Shown here: positions 45,733 to 56,963 of the stretch, in pieces | How the letters are laid out: each line of letters starts with the position of its first letter | How positions within the stretch are numbered: position 1 is the first letter of the stretch | From: Terriglobia bacterium | GTDB lineage: Bacteria; Acidobacteriota; Terriglobia; 20CM-2-55-15 | DNA length: 64,000 nt | Direction: 5' to 3' | NCBI GenBank assembly: GCA_965218585.1 | Contig: CBDCLE010000024.1 | Coordinates: 128,001 to 192,000, forward strand | Made by a program: the position numbers and the translations under genes | The notes under the pieces: model-generated | What the model was told of the DNA's origin: nothing | What the model saw: the letters and a program-made list of their open reading frames with translations, nothing else | Database searches by the model: none

Positions 45733-46827
45733 TCATCTGAAGTTCTCGATCTGCACAGGCTCCCGACGACGGCCCCAGTCACCCGGTGAGGATTCGAACA
45801 TTCCCGCACAAGTGGTCTGGCAGCGTGAGCATCGACCTTCACGATCCAGATTCCAACTCCCCAGCTCGTACCAATCGCGTCCGATGAGTGTCTCTCCGCA
45901 GGCGTGGCAATAAGTCGTGTCCGATGGAGGGTCGTGGATGTTGCCCGTGTAGACATACCGCAACCCGTTTCCCATCGCAATTTCACGCGCACGCTTCAGA
46001 GTTTCCGGCGGTGTCGGGCCACGGTCGGTCAGCTTCCAGTCGGGATGGAAGGCCGAAAAGTGCATGGGTATGTCCGAACCCAGGTTATCCACAACCCAAC
46101 GTGTCATCTGGTCCAGTTCGTCTTCGGCATCGTTCTTGCCCGGAATCACCAGGTCGGTCAACTCTATCCACACATCGGTCTCCCGGCGAAGATATAGAAG
46201 GGTATCGAGTATCGGCTCCAGATGTGCGGCACACACCTTCGAATAGAAGTTCTCCGTAAAAGCCTTTAAATCGACGTTTGCAGCGTCTATGTGCTGGAAA
46301 AACTCCTTGCGTGGCTCCTCGGCGATGTAACCGGCGGTGACAGCAACGGTGCGAATATCCCGCTTCCGGCATTCGCGCGCGACATCGATCGCGTACTCCA
46401 TAAAGATGACCGGATCGTTATAAGTAAACGCTACGCTACGGCAACCCAACGATTCAGCGGCCCGGGCGATGGTTGCCGGGGAGGCCTGGGCTGTTAGCGT
46501 GTCGAACTCGCGAGACTTGCTGATATCCCAGTTCTGACAGAACTGGCACCCCAGATTGCATCCGGCTGTTCCGAAAGAAAGAACGGAGGTACCTGGCAAG
46601 AAGTGGTTCAGGGGTTTCTTTTCGATGGGATCTATACAGAAACCACTGGAACGTCCATACGTAGTGAGAACGACCTGATCTTCATGACGCGCGCGGACGA
46701 AACAGAAACCCCGTTGGCCCTCCTGCAGACGGCAAAATCGTGGACAAACGTCGCACTGGACGCGGCCATCATCGACGGCATGCCAGTACTTGGTGGCAAC
46801 TACACCTTCGTCCAGTTCACGCGTCAT
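45733..46827 (-). CDS. amrS: AmmeMemoRadiSam-system radical SAM enzyme
   Basis: CDVCPRFC..C, DPIEKKPL.HF.PG, GCNLGCQFCQNWDIS, YTGN. Confidence 0.9.
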   Translation of the reverse strand: MTRELDEGVVATKYWHAVDDGRVQCDVCPRFCRLQEGQRGFCFVRARHEDQVVLTTYGRSSGFCIDPIEKKPLNHFLPGTSVLSFGTAGCNLGCQFCQNWDISKSREFDTLTAQASPATIARAAESLGCRSVAFTYNDPVIFMEYAIDVARECRKRDIRTVAVTAGYIAEEPRKEFFQHIDAANVDLKAFTENFYSKVCAAHLEPILDTLLYLRRETDVWIELTDLVIPGKNDAEDELDQMTRWVVDNLGSDIPMHFSAFHPDWKLTDRGPTPPETLKRAREIAMGNGLRYVYTGNIHDPPSDTTYCHACGETLIGRDWYELGSWNLDREGRCSRCQTTCAGMFESSPGDWGRRREPVQIENFR

Positions 46828-47228
46828 GATTCCCTGGCCGTGGCCAGCATCCTCCGGCGGTTCGTAAAACAACAGAGACGCCATGATCGATCAGCAGCTT
46901 GCCGATCCACACCATGGACCCGTAGAAAGAATCGATATGAACCTCATCGTAACGTGCTTTTCCAGAATCCTTGCCGCCCGATCAAAATGCACGCGAAGAT
47001 AGTCCTCAATAGCTCTCAGTTCGACATCGGTCCCCGGTTCCCTCAGGCATGGTGGCCTTCTTTCATTTGGAGACACGCGCTACCTACCTTTGTGTGGAGG
47101 AATACTCCCCACAACATCCAACGATATCCGGCGATTGGTGGAGGTCAACCAACAAAAGATGGGTGGTACAGATCACTAGAATGCGAATCTTGACCTGGGT
47201 TCGGTCAATCCCTAGACTGGGGCTGTCC

Positions 47229-47302
47229 GCGCCTGTAGCTCAGCTGGATAGAGCGCTGGTCTCCGGAACCAGAGGTCGGAGGTTCGAATCCTCTCGGGCG
47301 TA
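47229..47302 (+). tRNA. tRNA-Arg (anticodon CCG)
   Basis: GCGCCTG acceptor, CTGGT-CT-CCG-GA-ACCAG, GGAGGTTCGAATCCTCT. Confidence 0.95.
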
Positions 47303-47388
47303 CTTAGGGGCTGCTGCCAAGCGGCCCTTTTTGTTTGCCTTACGAGTTTCACGTCTGTCATCAAGGTTCCTGTTATTGTTCCCAATTC

Positions 47389-47580
47389 CTAGTTTTGGGG
47401 AACATTGGGAACAGATTTTCCCAAAACCGCTTCTTCAATGGCCATCGCCGCACCACGTTCATCCTCAGTCCACGTATGTGTGTACGTGTCTGCAGTCGTC
47501 GCGATATCAGCATGGCCTAAGAGCCGTTGAGCCAACTTGAGATTGCCAGTGTGTTTATTCACCAGGCTGGCAGCTGAGTG
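47389..47580 (-). pseudogene. Tyrosine integrase C-terminal fragment
   Basis: HSAASLV..TGNLKLAQRLLGHADIATTADTYTH..*; cut by IS256; points toward tRNA-Arg(CCG). Confidence 0.88.
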
Positions 47581-47581
47581 T

Positions 47582-48967
47582 GAGTTATTGTCAAAAGTGG
47601 TGTTTTGCCGATTGACTCAAGCGGCGGCCTGATCGACGTGGGTCACTTCGATTCCATCGTTGAATTTCACTCCAGTAATCACCTTGGGCAGATCATCGAA
47701 TCCTCGTAATCGTCGCCAGTTCTTCTGAGCGCACTGTCCCAGTTTGAACATCATGTGCAGCATGCCAACCCGCGTCAGGCAACCCCTGGATCGCTTGGTT
47801 CGGTGGCGAATGGTAGCAAAAGTCGACTCAATGGGATTGGTCGTTCGGATGCTCTGCCAGTGCTTGGCCGGGAAGTTGAAGAAGGCCAGCAGTTCTTCTT
47901 TGTCTTTCTGGAGGCAGCGAGTGGCTTTCGGATACTTCGGCTCATAGGTTTCAATGAACAGATCGAATGCCTTCTCGGCGTCTGCCTGTGTCTGAGCCCG
48001 CCAGATCGCGTGCAAAGCCTGTTTCGCCTTCGCCTGGGCCGACTTCGGGAGCCCGTTCAGTACGTTCATGGTCTTGTGCATCCAGCAACGTTGGTGACGT
48101 GTCTCGGGATAGATTTCCTCCAGTGCGGCCCAGAATCCCATCGCACCGTCTCCGATGGCCAACTTCGGGATATTCATCCCACGCGACTTCAGCTTTAACA
48201 AGACCTCGCGCCAACTCTGTGTCGATTCCCGGACACCGTCTTCGATTGCCAGAAAACGTTTCTCTCCGCGTTGATTCGCGCCGATCACCACCAGTGCGCA
48301 CAACTTGGTTTCTTCGGCCCGCAGTCCGCTGTAGATACCGTCGGCCCAGACATAGACCCAGCGATCGGCATCCAATCGCTCCTCGCATCCCCGGCGGTAC
48401 TGCTCGGCCCAGACCTGTTTCAACCGCGATACCGTGCTCGCCGACAGGCCCTGCGCCTGGGGTCCGACAAGAACTTTTAGAGCGTCACCCATCTCGCCGC
48501 TGGAGACGCCTTTCAAATACAACCACGGCACCGCTGCTTCCAGCGATTTCGTTTTCCGAATGTAGGGAGGTACCAGGGCCGACCGGAACGTTACCGGGTC
48601 GCCAGTCTTCGCTCGGACTTTCGGGATCTGGACCGTTACCGGCCCCAAACCGGTCTGCAGTTCACGTTCAGGCAGATAACCGTTGCGCACCACCCCGGCG
48701 TTGCCCGTCTCGGTTCTCCGATCGCCGTGGTGGGATAGCAGTTCCGCCAATTCGGTTTCCACCGCGCGTTGGATCAGTTGCTGAGCTCCAACTCGTAGTA
48801 GCTCTGTTATCGGATCCTCAATCGTCTCTCGACCCTCCGGTCCATTCACGTTACTCTTGCTCATAGTGGCGTATCTCCCTTGGTTGCTTTGAAGTCTGGT
48901 AAACAACAAATCAACCAGATACGCCGCTCTTCCTCAATCCCTTAAACACCAGATTCGGTTATAACTC
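47582..48967 (-). mobile_element. IS256-family element type B, copy 2 (1386 bp, no TSD)
   Basis: Near-identical to copy 1; transposase 47617-48864; flanks GCTGAGTGT vs TCCGGCACT do not match. Confidence 0.95.
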
Positions 48968-48968
48968 T

Positions 48969-49112
48969 CCGGCACTTCAAAAACACCTCAACGGCGTTAT
49001 TGCTCTGATGAAGTCCGTAGTACAAGCGAAAGGTGGGTGGGACGAGTTCAGGAGACGGCTTCAGCGCGTATTCCCGAAGATCAATACCAACATTGAGCTG
49101 CCTTTTGAGTAA
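48969..49112 (+). pseudogene. Phage P63C-like domain, C-terminal fragment
   Basis: PALQKHLNGVIALMKS..WDEFRRRLQRVFPK..LPFE*. Confidence 0.65.
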
Positions 49113-49304
49113 CCGCTCTAAAGGAAATCTGCTAGACTTGCGGAAGTGGGTCGAAGCCGCCAAGAGTTCAAGCACTTAGCGGCCTCTAAGCCAACTCGTC
49201 CTATGCAGGAGGAAGAGTCGGCCTACAAAGTATTCTACTTCACAAGCCTCTCTCTGTTCATCCTCCTGTGTAGGCCGGTTGGCGATCCGTCCAGGAGGTT
49301 CCAA

Positions 49305-49733
49305 ATGCACAGACTGTTTTTGATCGCGCTTTTGGTGCTGGCGTGCGCCTTGCCGATGCTCGGTCAGTCCGATACGATTTTTGATGGCCATCCCTATGTC
49401 AGAGTCATTACAGATGTGGACAGCGCCAATCGTGCTCTGCTGACTGCCGATGAAACACTGGAATTCCGCACTCGGATTGTCAAGAATGGCGACAACTATT
49501 TTTGGGAAAGTCGAGGCGGACGGCCACTGATATATATTCCTCCAAGAAACCCTCAGGCGATCTATCACTATTCCATCGAACCTAGCGGTGCTGGATATAT
49601 CGAGGTGGAAAAAATCGGGAGCCAAGCCTGTGTGTATTATGAAGAGATTTCACTTGGCATGACAGTCTACATATATCGGGGTTCTGCCGTTCACTGTCTT
49701 CTCCAGGGGGCAAGCGGTGGGTCCTTGAGGTAA
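49305..49733 (+). CDS. Exported hypothetical protein
   Basis: AGGAGG SD; MHRLFLIALLVLACALPMLG signal peptide. Confidence 0.7.
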   Translation: MHRLFLIALLVLACALPMLGQSDTIFDGHPYVRVITDVDSANRALLTADETLEFRTRIVKNGDNYFWESRGGRPLIYIPPRNPQAIYHYSIEPSGAGYIEVEKIGSQACVYYEEISLGMTVYIYRGSAVHCLLQGASGGSLR

Positions 49734-49763
49734 GATTGCTTCTTCTCTTGAAAGGAGAAAGCA

Positions 49764-50048
49764 ATGGCAACAACGGAAGAAAAGCTCACCGCATTGGAAG
49801 CATCGATTCAGACATTGAATGCGACCCTGAATGAAACCGCGAACAATATCTATGCGCTCTTGAGAGATATTCAGGGCAGGATGACAGGGGTCGAGAATCG
49901 CATGATCGCATTGGAGACCCGGATGGCTGGCGTCGAGGGCAGACTTACCGGAATAGAAACACGCTTGATTTCAGTCGAAACCAGGATCGCATCAATACCC
50001 GATTCAATCGCGGACAAGATCGGCTTTGCGCAGACCCAGCGCCCATAG
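49764..50048 (+). CDS. Heptad-repeat coiled-coil protein
   Basis: AAGGAG SD; (M/L)xx(V/L/I)ExR repeated about 5 times. Confidence 0.75.
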   Translation: MATTEEKLTALEASIQTLNATLNETANNIYALLRDIQGRMTGVENRMIALETRMAGVEGRLTGIETRLISVETRIASIPDSIADKIGFAQTQRP

Positions 50049-50133
50049 ATTCTCCTGCGGGCGTCTCAAAAAGCGCCTGTTCGAGACTAATCTTTTGCGG
50101 ATGATCGCCGCCCCGCCCCGCTGCCGAAAACGC

Positions 50134-50214
50134 TTCTTGGAAGTCTGGACCGGCACGCAAGCCGAATACGCTGCGCTGACGCCAGACCCCGATACACTCT
50201 ACCTGATCCCCTGA
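50134..50214 (+). pseudogene. Phage tail-fibre-like motif remnant
   Basis: FLEVWTGTQAEYAALTPDPDTLYLIP*. Confidence 0.55.
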
Positions 50215-50291
50215 GACAGGGGACCTTAAACTAGGAAATTCCGAAGCCGAGAACGCTGACCCTGGGCCCAATCAGTAGAGCTTGACGGTTT

Positions 50292-50876
50292 ATGGCTGTT
50301 AACTACAGTGATTTTCAGAGATTGCCCTGGTACTACCAGGCTGGGATCGTCGTGGGTGCCTCTGGAGTGGTTCTCGCCTTGTTCTGGTATCAGTTCCTGC
50401 GGCCGCTTGGAGCCGAGGTGGTGACTCTGAACGCTCAGCTGACCCAACTCAATCAGGACGTTGCGGCCGCTGTTCAAAGACAGCAGCAACTGGCTGAAAT
50501 CCGGGCGGAAGCTGAACAAATGCAGGTGCAGCTCGATGCCTTGAAGCCTATTCTGCCGCTGGAACGCGAAACCGATGAAATCCTCCGTCAAGTCCAGCAG
50601 GCAGCGACGGATTCTTCGTTAAGGCTCTTGAGGGTATCGCCCAGAGCGCCGGTGGATAGCGAGTTCTACTCGGAGTGGCCGATCGACATGCAGGTCGAGG
50701 CCACCTACCACAACATGGGTCTCTATCTGGATAGAATTCGCGAACTGGACAGGATTGTGAACATCACCGGTCTTCAGATAACTGCGACCGGAGACGGCAT
50801 CACGACATCGGTATCGGCTACCTATACGGCAACGACGTTTGTGTACATCGAAGAGGAGCCGGCACCGGGGAGCTGA
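50292..50876 (+). CDS. pilO: Type IV pilus assembly protein PilO
   Basis: N-terminal TM, coiled coil, LP..E..EIL, FY.E.PI, YH..G.YLD.I..L.RIVNI. Confidence 0.88.
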   Translation: MAVNYSDFQRLPWYYQAGIVVGASGVVLALFWYQFLRPLGAEVVTLNAQLTQLNQDVAAAVQRQQQLAEIRAEAEQMQVQLDALKPILPLERETDEILRQVQQAATDSSLRLLRVSPRAPVDSEFYSEWPIDMQVEATYHNMGLYLDRIRELDRIVNITGLQITATGDGITTSVSATYTATTFVYIEEEPAPGS

Positions 50877-50878
50877 CC

Positions 50879-51400
50879 ATGAGTTACAGACTCGCATTCA
50901 TATTGGGCTTCATACTGGTTCTTCTGCCGGCACCCTATGCGAACTCCGCCGTCCCGATGGCGCCTCCTCAGGAGGCGCCTGCAGTACAAGAGGAAGAAGA
51001 GCCCGCCCCACCGCCTTTGGCGATCCCTGCTGGGTTTCGCTACGACCCGAGCGGTCGCCGGGACCCTTTCGTGAATCCGGTGCCGCCGCCCCTAGTTCCG
51101 GTCGATCCGCTCTCACTGGTGCCGGCGGTTCGCCCCTTGGGACTCGGCGGCGTGCTGCTCAATGAAGTGCAATTCATTGGCATAGTGGCGTCAGAGGAGC
51201 CGTCGATGAATGTCGTGGTTGTCGTGGCCCCCGGTAATCGAACTTTCTTTGCCCGGGCAGGCGATGAACTGCTCGACGCGGTAGTCAAGGAGATCAGCCC
51301 CAACGCAATCGTATTCGAAGTAAAACCTCTCGAGGGTCAACCTGATCCCGAACAACGAGAGGAAGTTGTGCGAACGTTAAGTGCAACGCCAGGAGAATAA
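50879..51400 (+). CDS. PilP-like protein
   Basis: YDPSGRRDPF motif; between pilO and pilQ. Confidence 0.75.
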   Translation: MSYRLAFILGFILVLLPAPYANSAVPMAPPQEAPAVQEEEEPAPPPLAIPAGFRYDPSGRRDPFVNPVPPPLVPVDPLSLVPAVRPLGLGGVLLNEVQFIGIVASEEPSMNVVVVVAPGNRTFFARAGDELLDAVVKEISPNAIVFEVKPLEGQPDPEQREEVVRTLSATPGE

Positions 51401-53903
51401 GTGATGACCGTCTTCACTAAAACAATTACTGCAGTGAGTATCCTCTTACTGTTGTCAACCGTGGCCGTAGGCCAGATTTCAGACGATCCCATAAAGGTGG
51501 AAACACTTGTGGTGACGCCGGCAGAAGATGCCGTCGAATTTACCGTCAACTCGACCGAGTGGGTTCGATACACGTACTTCGAACTGGAAGGGCCGCGTCT
51601 GGTCGTGGACTTTCACAATGCGGAGAGCGAGCTGGGATTCTGGAGAAGGGAAGTGGACCATGCCGGGGTGACCCAGGTCCGGTCGTCTTTCTTCACAGAC
51701 GACAACCGGGAAGCCACACGACTAGTCTTTGACCTGGAAAAGGAAGTTCCCTACGAGATCATTGATGAGGGCGAGGGGAAGGTTCGTGTCCGCTTCGGCG
51801 CCGAAGACGCTTCCCGACTGCTCACAGATGTGACCGGACAAGCTGCGGCTGACTGGTTTGATGGTGATGGGTTGGAGAATCTGGAGCTTCTTTCGGGTCC
51901 CCTCGAAGCTACACTTTTGGACCAGGACGAGATCAAGGCGACTTTGCTCTCCGATTTGGGGCAAACCTGAGAGGAAGCCATCGTTTCGTTATTCGATGAC
52001 GTAGAGACGGTGGAAGCAGAAATTGAAATAGAAGAAATCCCCGAAGACCTTGTCGAGAAGCCGGAAGCGATCGAATTGGACAACGAGACCAACGAGACTG
52101 AAATCATTCTCGCCCGATCATCCGATGAAAGCCAAGAAAGCGACCAGATCCTGGCCGCTTTTGAGACGAAAGAAACCGAGAGGGTTTTAGAAGCCACGCC
52201 GACGGCGGAAATCGCAGAGGTCCTTGAGGCTGAACAGCTCGAAGCAGCCGAAGCGTCCGAAGATTTCGAAAGCGATCTGCTGGGCCGGATGGCGAATCCC
52301 ATTTTCACCTCGGAAGAGGAGACCGCGGCCACGGGACAGAGTTTCCTGACACTGGCGTCTGCCGAACCGACTGTGGTGCTCCCCACTCCCGGGACCTTAC
52401 CGCCGATCGTCGTAGAGGAGTTGGAATCCGAGGAGTCGGCCGAAGTCGACCCTCTGAGAGCACTGGCACAGCCTGAAACGACGGTTATGTCTCCAGTTTC
52501 GATTGCCGAGACGGTCGCCGAAACGGTGCCCCCAACCGGGGCCATAGCCCCCGCCCCGCCCTCAGCCTTTTTGGTGCAGGCCCCCGTCCAGGCTCTCGAG
52601 ACACCGCAGTACACGGGTGAGATCGTTACGTTTGATTTCAGAGATCTGGATCTCCAGGACTTCTTCCGCCTGATTGGAAACATCAGTGGTTTGAACGTGT
52701 GGTCCTGGATCCTGCGGTCAACGGCACGGTGACTCTGCTGTTACGCGACGTACCTTGGGATCAGGCTCTGGACTTGGTGCTCAGGAACAACAACCTGGGA
52801 TATGAGTTGCAGGGAAATATTCTGAGGGTCGCCACGCAGGGAACTCTGCAGGCGGAAGAGAACGCGGCGCGCGACCTGCGCGAAGCGCAGGAACTGAATG
52901 CAGAGCTTGTGACACAGACCTTCATATTGAGCTACACGCAATCGGATACGGTGTTGGGCGTCATCCAGGGTCTGTTGTCGGCGCGCGGTACTATCATTAC
53001 CGACGCACGCCGAAACGCCCTGATTGTCACCGATATCCCAAGCCAGTTTGGGCGTGTGGAATCCCTGGTTTCGTTCCTCGACACGCCTGCGCAGCAGGTG
53101 GAAATCGAGGCCCGTTTGCTTTCAGCAAGCAAATCGTTCTCCAGAGATCTTGGTGCCCAGATCGGTCTTCTGATTGGCAACAGCCCACCGGAAGTAGCCT
53201 TACCGGTCTCCCGGGTTCTGGAAGTCCGTTTAGCCGAACTCCGGCGCCCAACGTCAACGTCGGTGGTGCGGTTCCGTTGATCTCGGATTTCCCGGCCGGC
53301 GGTACGTCAGGGTTGTCATTCCTTCTCGGTGCGGGGGGGGACATCCTGCTGGATACGATTATTCAGGCTGCCGAGGCGACGGGTACTGCGAAGCTGTTGT
53401 CCCGACCGAGAGTAACGACGCAGAACAATCAGGCTGCCACCGTTTCCCAGGGCACACAGATTCCCGTTCAGACGAACGTCAACAACACCATCTCGGTTAC
53501 TTTCGTGGACTTCTCGCTCAGTTTGACCGTGACGCCGCAGATAACAGAAGCCGGGACAATATTGCTGACGACAGCGATTGAGAACAGTAGCCCTGAATTC
53601 GGACGCTCCGTCAACGGGATACCGTCGGTTTCCTCGCAGCAGGCAACGACGCAGGTCCTTATTTCGGACGGCGGAACCGCCGTGATCGGGGAGATTTTGC
53701 TCGACAACGATTCGATCAACATCAGCCAGGTTCCGGGCCTGGGTAACATTCCGGTCTTGGGGAATCTTTTCAAGAGTACGCAGGTGATCAAGAGCACGAG
53801 CGAGCTGTTGTTCTTTATTACAGCGCGCATCAAGCCTGCGAACCCGTTAGAGTTTCTGTCGGAAACAGCTGCGGAGGAATCCTCCCAGCTCTTTGCTCAG
53901 TAA
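51401..53903 (+). pseudogene. pilQ: Type IV pilus secretin PilQ, disrupted
   Basis: AMIN domain, YTGE..FDF, VPWDQALD, QVEIEAR, VPGLGNIPVLGNLFK; in-frame TGA at 51968, frameshifts near 52700 and 53190-53280. Confidence 0.9.
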
Positions 53904-53997
53904 TCGGTAACAAACGATACTTCTCATATCCGGGTGAGGGTCCTCCGCTACCGAGCGGAGAGCCCTCACCCGGAACAGGTTTAAGCAGGTCGGCCAC

Positions 53998-54375
53998 GTG
54001 ACGCGTTCCCTTTTCCACGAAGTGTTCGAAAAAGTGCGGAATGAGCTGGGAGGCATTCGCGCTATGGCTCTGGTGAGTCTGGACGGCACGATCGTCGAGG
54101 AGGTGATCACCGATCCCGCCCTCGATCAGGATACACTGTCGGAATTTGCTACGTTGCTGCGTATCGCGCAGCACACGTCCGAGGACACGGCCGCGGGCCA
54201 GCTTACGGAGACATCGTGGACCGCGGACCGGTCTCTGGTCCTGGCGCGACGCGCGTCGGGGGAGAATTTTCTGATCCTTGTGGGTGAGCCGGGTCTTCGG
54301 ATCGGGTTTGCCCGGTACCTGCTGCGTAGAGCCGCGTGGGAACTTCGGCCGCAATTTGAGAAAACTCAGCCCTAG
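53998..54375 (+). CDS. Roadblock/LC7 (MglB-like) protein
   Basis: [12 protein letters not shown]..; G.ARY.LRRAA.EL. Confidence 0.7.
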   Translation: MTRSLFHEVFEKVRNELGGIRAMALVSLDGTIVEEVITDPALDQDTLSEFATLLRIAQHTSEDTAAGQLTETSWTADRSLVLARRASGENFLILVGEPGLRIGFARYLLRRAAWELRPQFEKTQP

Positions 54376-54446
54376 CAGATGGTGGCAGAAGTCTGCGGGG
54401 CCAGGCTACAAGCGCGATCGCGCTAGATGCTATACTTCCGACGGCC

Positions 54447-54893
54447 ATGAACTTTAAAGAGCTTAAAGAACTCATAGAAATCGTTTCGACGACCGAGGGC
54501 ATCGAAGAACTCGAGGTTGAGCGTGCCGGGGTGCGTTTGAGAGTTCGGAAGGCGGGGAGTAGCCCGAATCTTGCCCAGATGATCGCTTCGGCCCCCCAGC
54601 AGACGACGGTTGCGACTCCCACCGATACAGCCGCGCTGGTTGAGGCGGCGGGAGTATTTTTCGTAACCTCGCCGATGGTAGGGACGTTTTATCGCGCTCC
54701 CAACCCGGATGCGGACCCGTTCGTCAAGGTCGGAGATTTCGTCGAAAAAGGAAGTGTCGTCTGCATAATCGAAGCGATGAAGCTGATGAACGAAATCGAA
54801 TCCGAGGTTGCTGGCGAGATCGTCAGCATCCCGATCGAGAATGGCCAACCTGTTGAATTCGGCGAACGACTGTTCGCCATCCGCCCACGCTGA
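54447..54893 (+). CDS. accB: Biotin carboxyl carrier protein
   Basis: [17 protein letters not shown]. Confidence 0.97.
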   Translation: MNFKELKELIEIVSTTEGIEELEVERAGVRLRVRKAGSSPNLAQMIASAPQQTTVATPTDTAALVEAAGVFFVTSPMVGTFYRAPNPDADPFVKVGDFVEKGSVVCIIEAMKLMNEIESEVAGEIVSIPIENGQPVEFGERLFAIRPR

Positions 54894-54919
54894 TTGTCTG
54901 ACCCGAGGCCTCCAATTCC

Positions 54920-56290
54920 ATGTTCAGGAAAGTACTGATCGCCAACAGAGGAGAGATTGCACTCCGGGTCCTGTTTGCATGTAAGGAACTCGGTCTTCGG
55001 ACCGTTGCCGTCTATTCGGAGGCGGACCGGCATGCGCTTCATGTTCGGTTTGCGGATGAAGCCATATGTATCGGACCGGCCCGCAGTTCGGAGAGTTACC
55101 TGGATATTCCCAGCGTTATCAGCGCCGCGGAGATTACCAATGCAGATGCCATACATCCCGGTTACGGGTTCCTTGCCGAGAGCGCCCACTTTGCCGAGGT
55201 GTGTGAGGAGTGCGGGATCAAGTTCATCGGTCCCTCTCCGTCCAGCATTCGGATGATGGGTGACAAGGTGCGCGCGCGGTCGGCGATGTCTCGTGTCGGA
55301 TTGGAAATCCTTCCGGGAAGCTCCGATCCAGTCCAGGATACTGACGAAGCTTTGGCTGTAGCTAAAGAGATCGGCTATCCGGTCATCATCAAGGCGACCG
55401 CCGGCGGCGGTGGCCGCGGGATGCGCATCGTGAGGGATTCCTCCGAATTGGCCCGGGCCCTGGGGACTGCCCAGGCCGAAGCGCAGGCAGCTTTCGGTTC
55501 GGCAGAGTGCTACATGGAAAAGTTTGTCGAAAAGGCCCGCCACATAGAGTTTCAGATTCTGGCTGACGATTTCGGCAATGCCATCCACCTCGGTGAGCGG
55601 GAATGTTCGATCCAGCGCCGGCACCAGAAACTCCTCGAAGAAGCGCCGTCCGTAATGATGGACGATGTGCTTCGCGACAAGATGGGAGCCCGCGTCGTGT
55701 CGGCGGTTCAGAGCCTCGGCTATACGAACGTCGGCACGATGGAATTTCTTGTCGATAGGAACAGGAATTTCTATTTCATGGAGATGAACACGCGGATTCA
55801 GGTGGAACATGGCGTGACGGAGATCGTTACCGGCATCGATCTGATCCGTGACCAGATCCTGGCTGCGGCCGGTGAGACCCTGCCTCACCGGCAGGAGGAC
55901 GTCCGTTTTAAGGGGCATGCCATCGAATGTCGAGTGAACGCAGAGGATCCGTTCACACAACGGCCTTCCCCGGGGAAGATAACCTCCTGGCATCCCCCTG
56001 GCGGACCCGGCGTGCGTGTCGATACGGCCGCTTACGCAGAGTACGTCGTGCCTCCCTACTACGACTCACTGATCGCCAAGGTGATCGCTCTTGGAGCCAG
56101 CCGCGGGGAAGCTCTTCGACGGATGGACCGGGCGTTGAGCACGTTTATTGTGGAGGGTGTCCGGACAACCATACCTCTTCACCTGAAGATCCTGGCTGAC
56201 AAAGATTTCCAATCCGGCGACATGTCTACTGACTTCCTGGAGCAGTCCAGTGTTCTTGGTAAAGCTGCGGGCGTAGCCGAATCTGCATGA
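54920..56290 (+). CDS. accC: Biotin carboxylase
   Basis: [33 protein letters not shown]. Confidence 0.97.
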   Translation: MFRKVLIANRGEIALRVLFACKELGLRTVAVYSEADRHALHVRFADEAICIGPARSSESYLDIPSVISAAEITNADAIHPGYGFLAESAHFAEVCEECGIKFIGPSPSSIRMMGDKVRARSAMSRVGLEILPGSSDPVQDTDEALAVAKEIGYPVIIKATAGGGGRGMRIVRDSSELARALGTAQAEAQAAFGSAECYMEKFVEKARHIEFQILADDFGNAIHLGERECSIQRRHQKLLEEAPSVMMDDVLRDKMGARVVSAVQSLGYTNVGTMEFLVDRNRNFYFMEMNTRIQVEHGVTEIVTGIDLIRDQILAAAGETLPHRQEDVRFKGHAIECRVNAEDPFTQRPSPGKITSWHPPGGPGVRVDTAAYAEYVVPPYYDSLIAKVIALGASRGEALRRMDRALSTFIVEGVRTTIPLHLKILADKDFQSGDMSTDFLEQSSVLGKAAGVAESA

Positions 56291-56910
56291 AGCGGCTACC
56301 GGCGCTGTATGCCATCGCCGATGCCAGCTTCGGCGATCCGGTCGATATTTCCCGACGTCTTTTCAACGGCGGTGCCAGGCTCGTGCAGGTTCGGAATAAG
56401 ACGGCTTCGTCCGGCGAACTCCTGGATCAGGTAGTCCGGATTATTGATAAAGCTCCGCCGGATGCCCGTCTCATCGTCAATGATCGAGCCGACATTGCGA
56501 AGATCGTAAGGGCTGCGGGCGTCCATCTGGGTCAGGAGGATCTTTCCCCGTCTGCAGCGCGGCGCATCCTCGATGACGATAGTATCGTCGGCGTTTCCAC
56601 CCACGACGTGTCCCAGGCCCTGGACACAGCTGATGAACCGGTCGACTACGTCGCCGTCGGCCCCGTTTTCGAAAGCTCTACTAAAAAGAACCACGCCCCG
56701 GTACTCGGACTGGACGGTCTCGCTGCCATCTGCGGCCAGTTGGAGCGGCCGGTTGTTGCCATTGGAGGCATTCGGCTGGAACATCTGGAAGAGGTATTGG
56801 CCGCCGGTGCAAGCTCGGTGGCGGTGATCTCGGATCTTGTCGGTCATCCGGCTATTGAGGAACGGACTGGAAAATTTCTGGACAGGCTGGCTGAAATCGA
56901 GAGGGCTTAA
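56287..56910 (+). CDS. thiE: Thiamine-phosphate synthase
   Basis: [30 protein letters not shown]. Confidence 0.93.
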   Translation: MKRLPALYAIADASFGDPVDISRRLFNGGARLVQVRNKTASSGELLDQVVRIIDKAPPDARLIVNDRADIAKIVRAAGVHLGQEDLSPSAARRILDDDSIVGVSTHDVSQALDTADEPVDYVAVGPVFESSTKKNHAPVLGLDGLAAICGQLERPVVAIGGIRLEHLEEVLAAGASSVAVISDLVGHPAIEERTGKFLDRLAEIERA

Positions 56911-56963
56911 TGCCGAAAGGTAAATACAATCGTCTACTACTTAAGTGCTGGCGTCTTTCGACT

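Noticed and set aside
46891-47190. Possible remnant of AmmeMemoRadiSam partner genes upstream of amrS
   Set aside because: Only a weak LREPG resemblance; not supportable.
50215-50242. attR-like match to the sequence at 47362-47396
   Set aside because: Two short matches in the wrong order and no tRNA 3' duplication; probably chance.
51968-51970. In-frame TGA in pilQ as selenocysteine or recoding
   Set aside because: Non-catalytic linker position, and the gene has further frameshifts; TGA is a normal stop elsewhere in the window.
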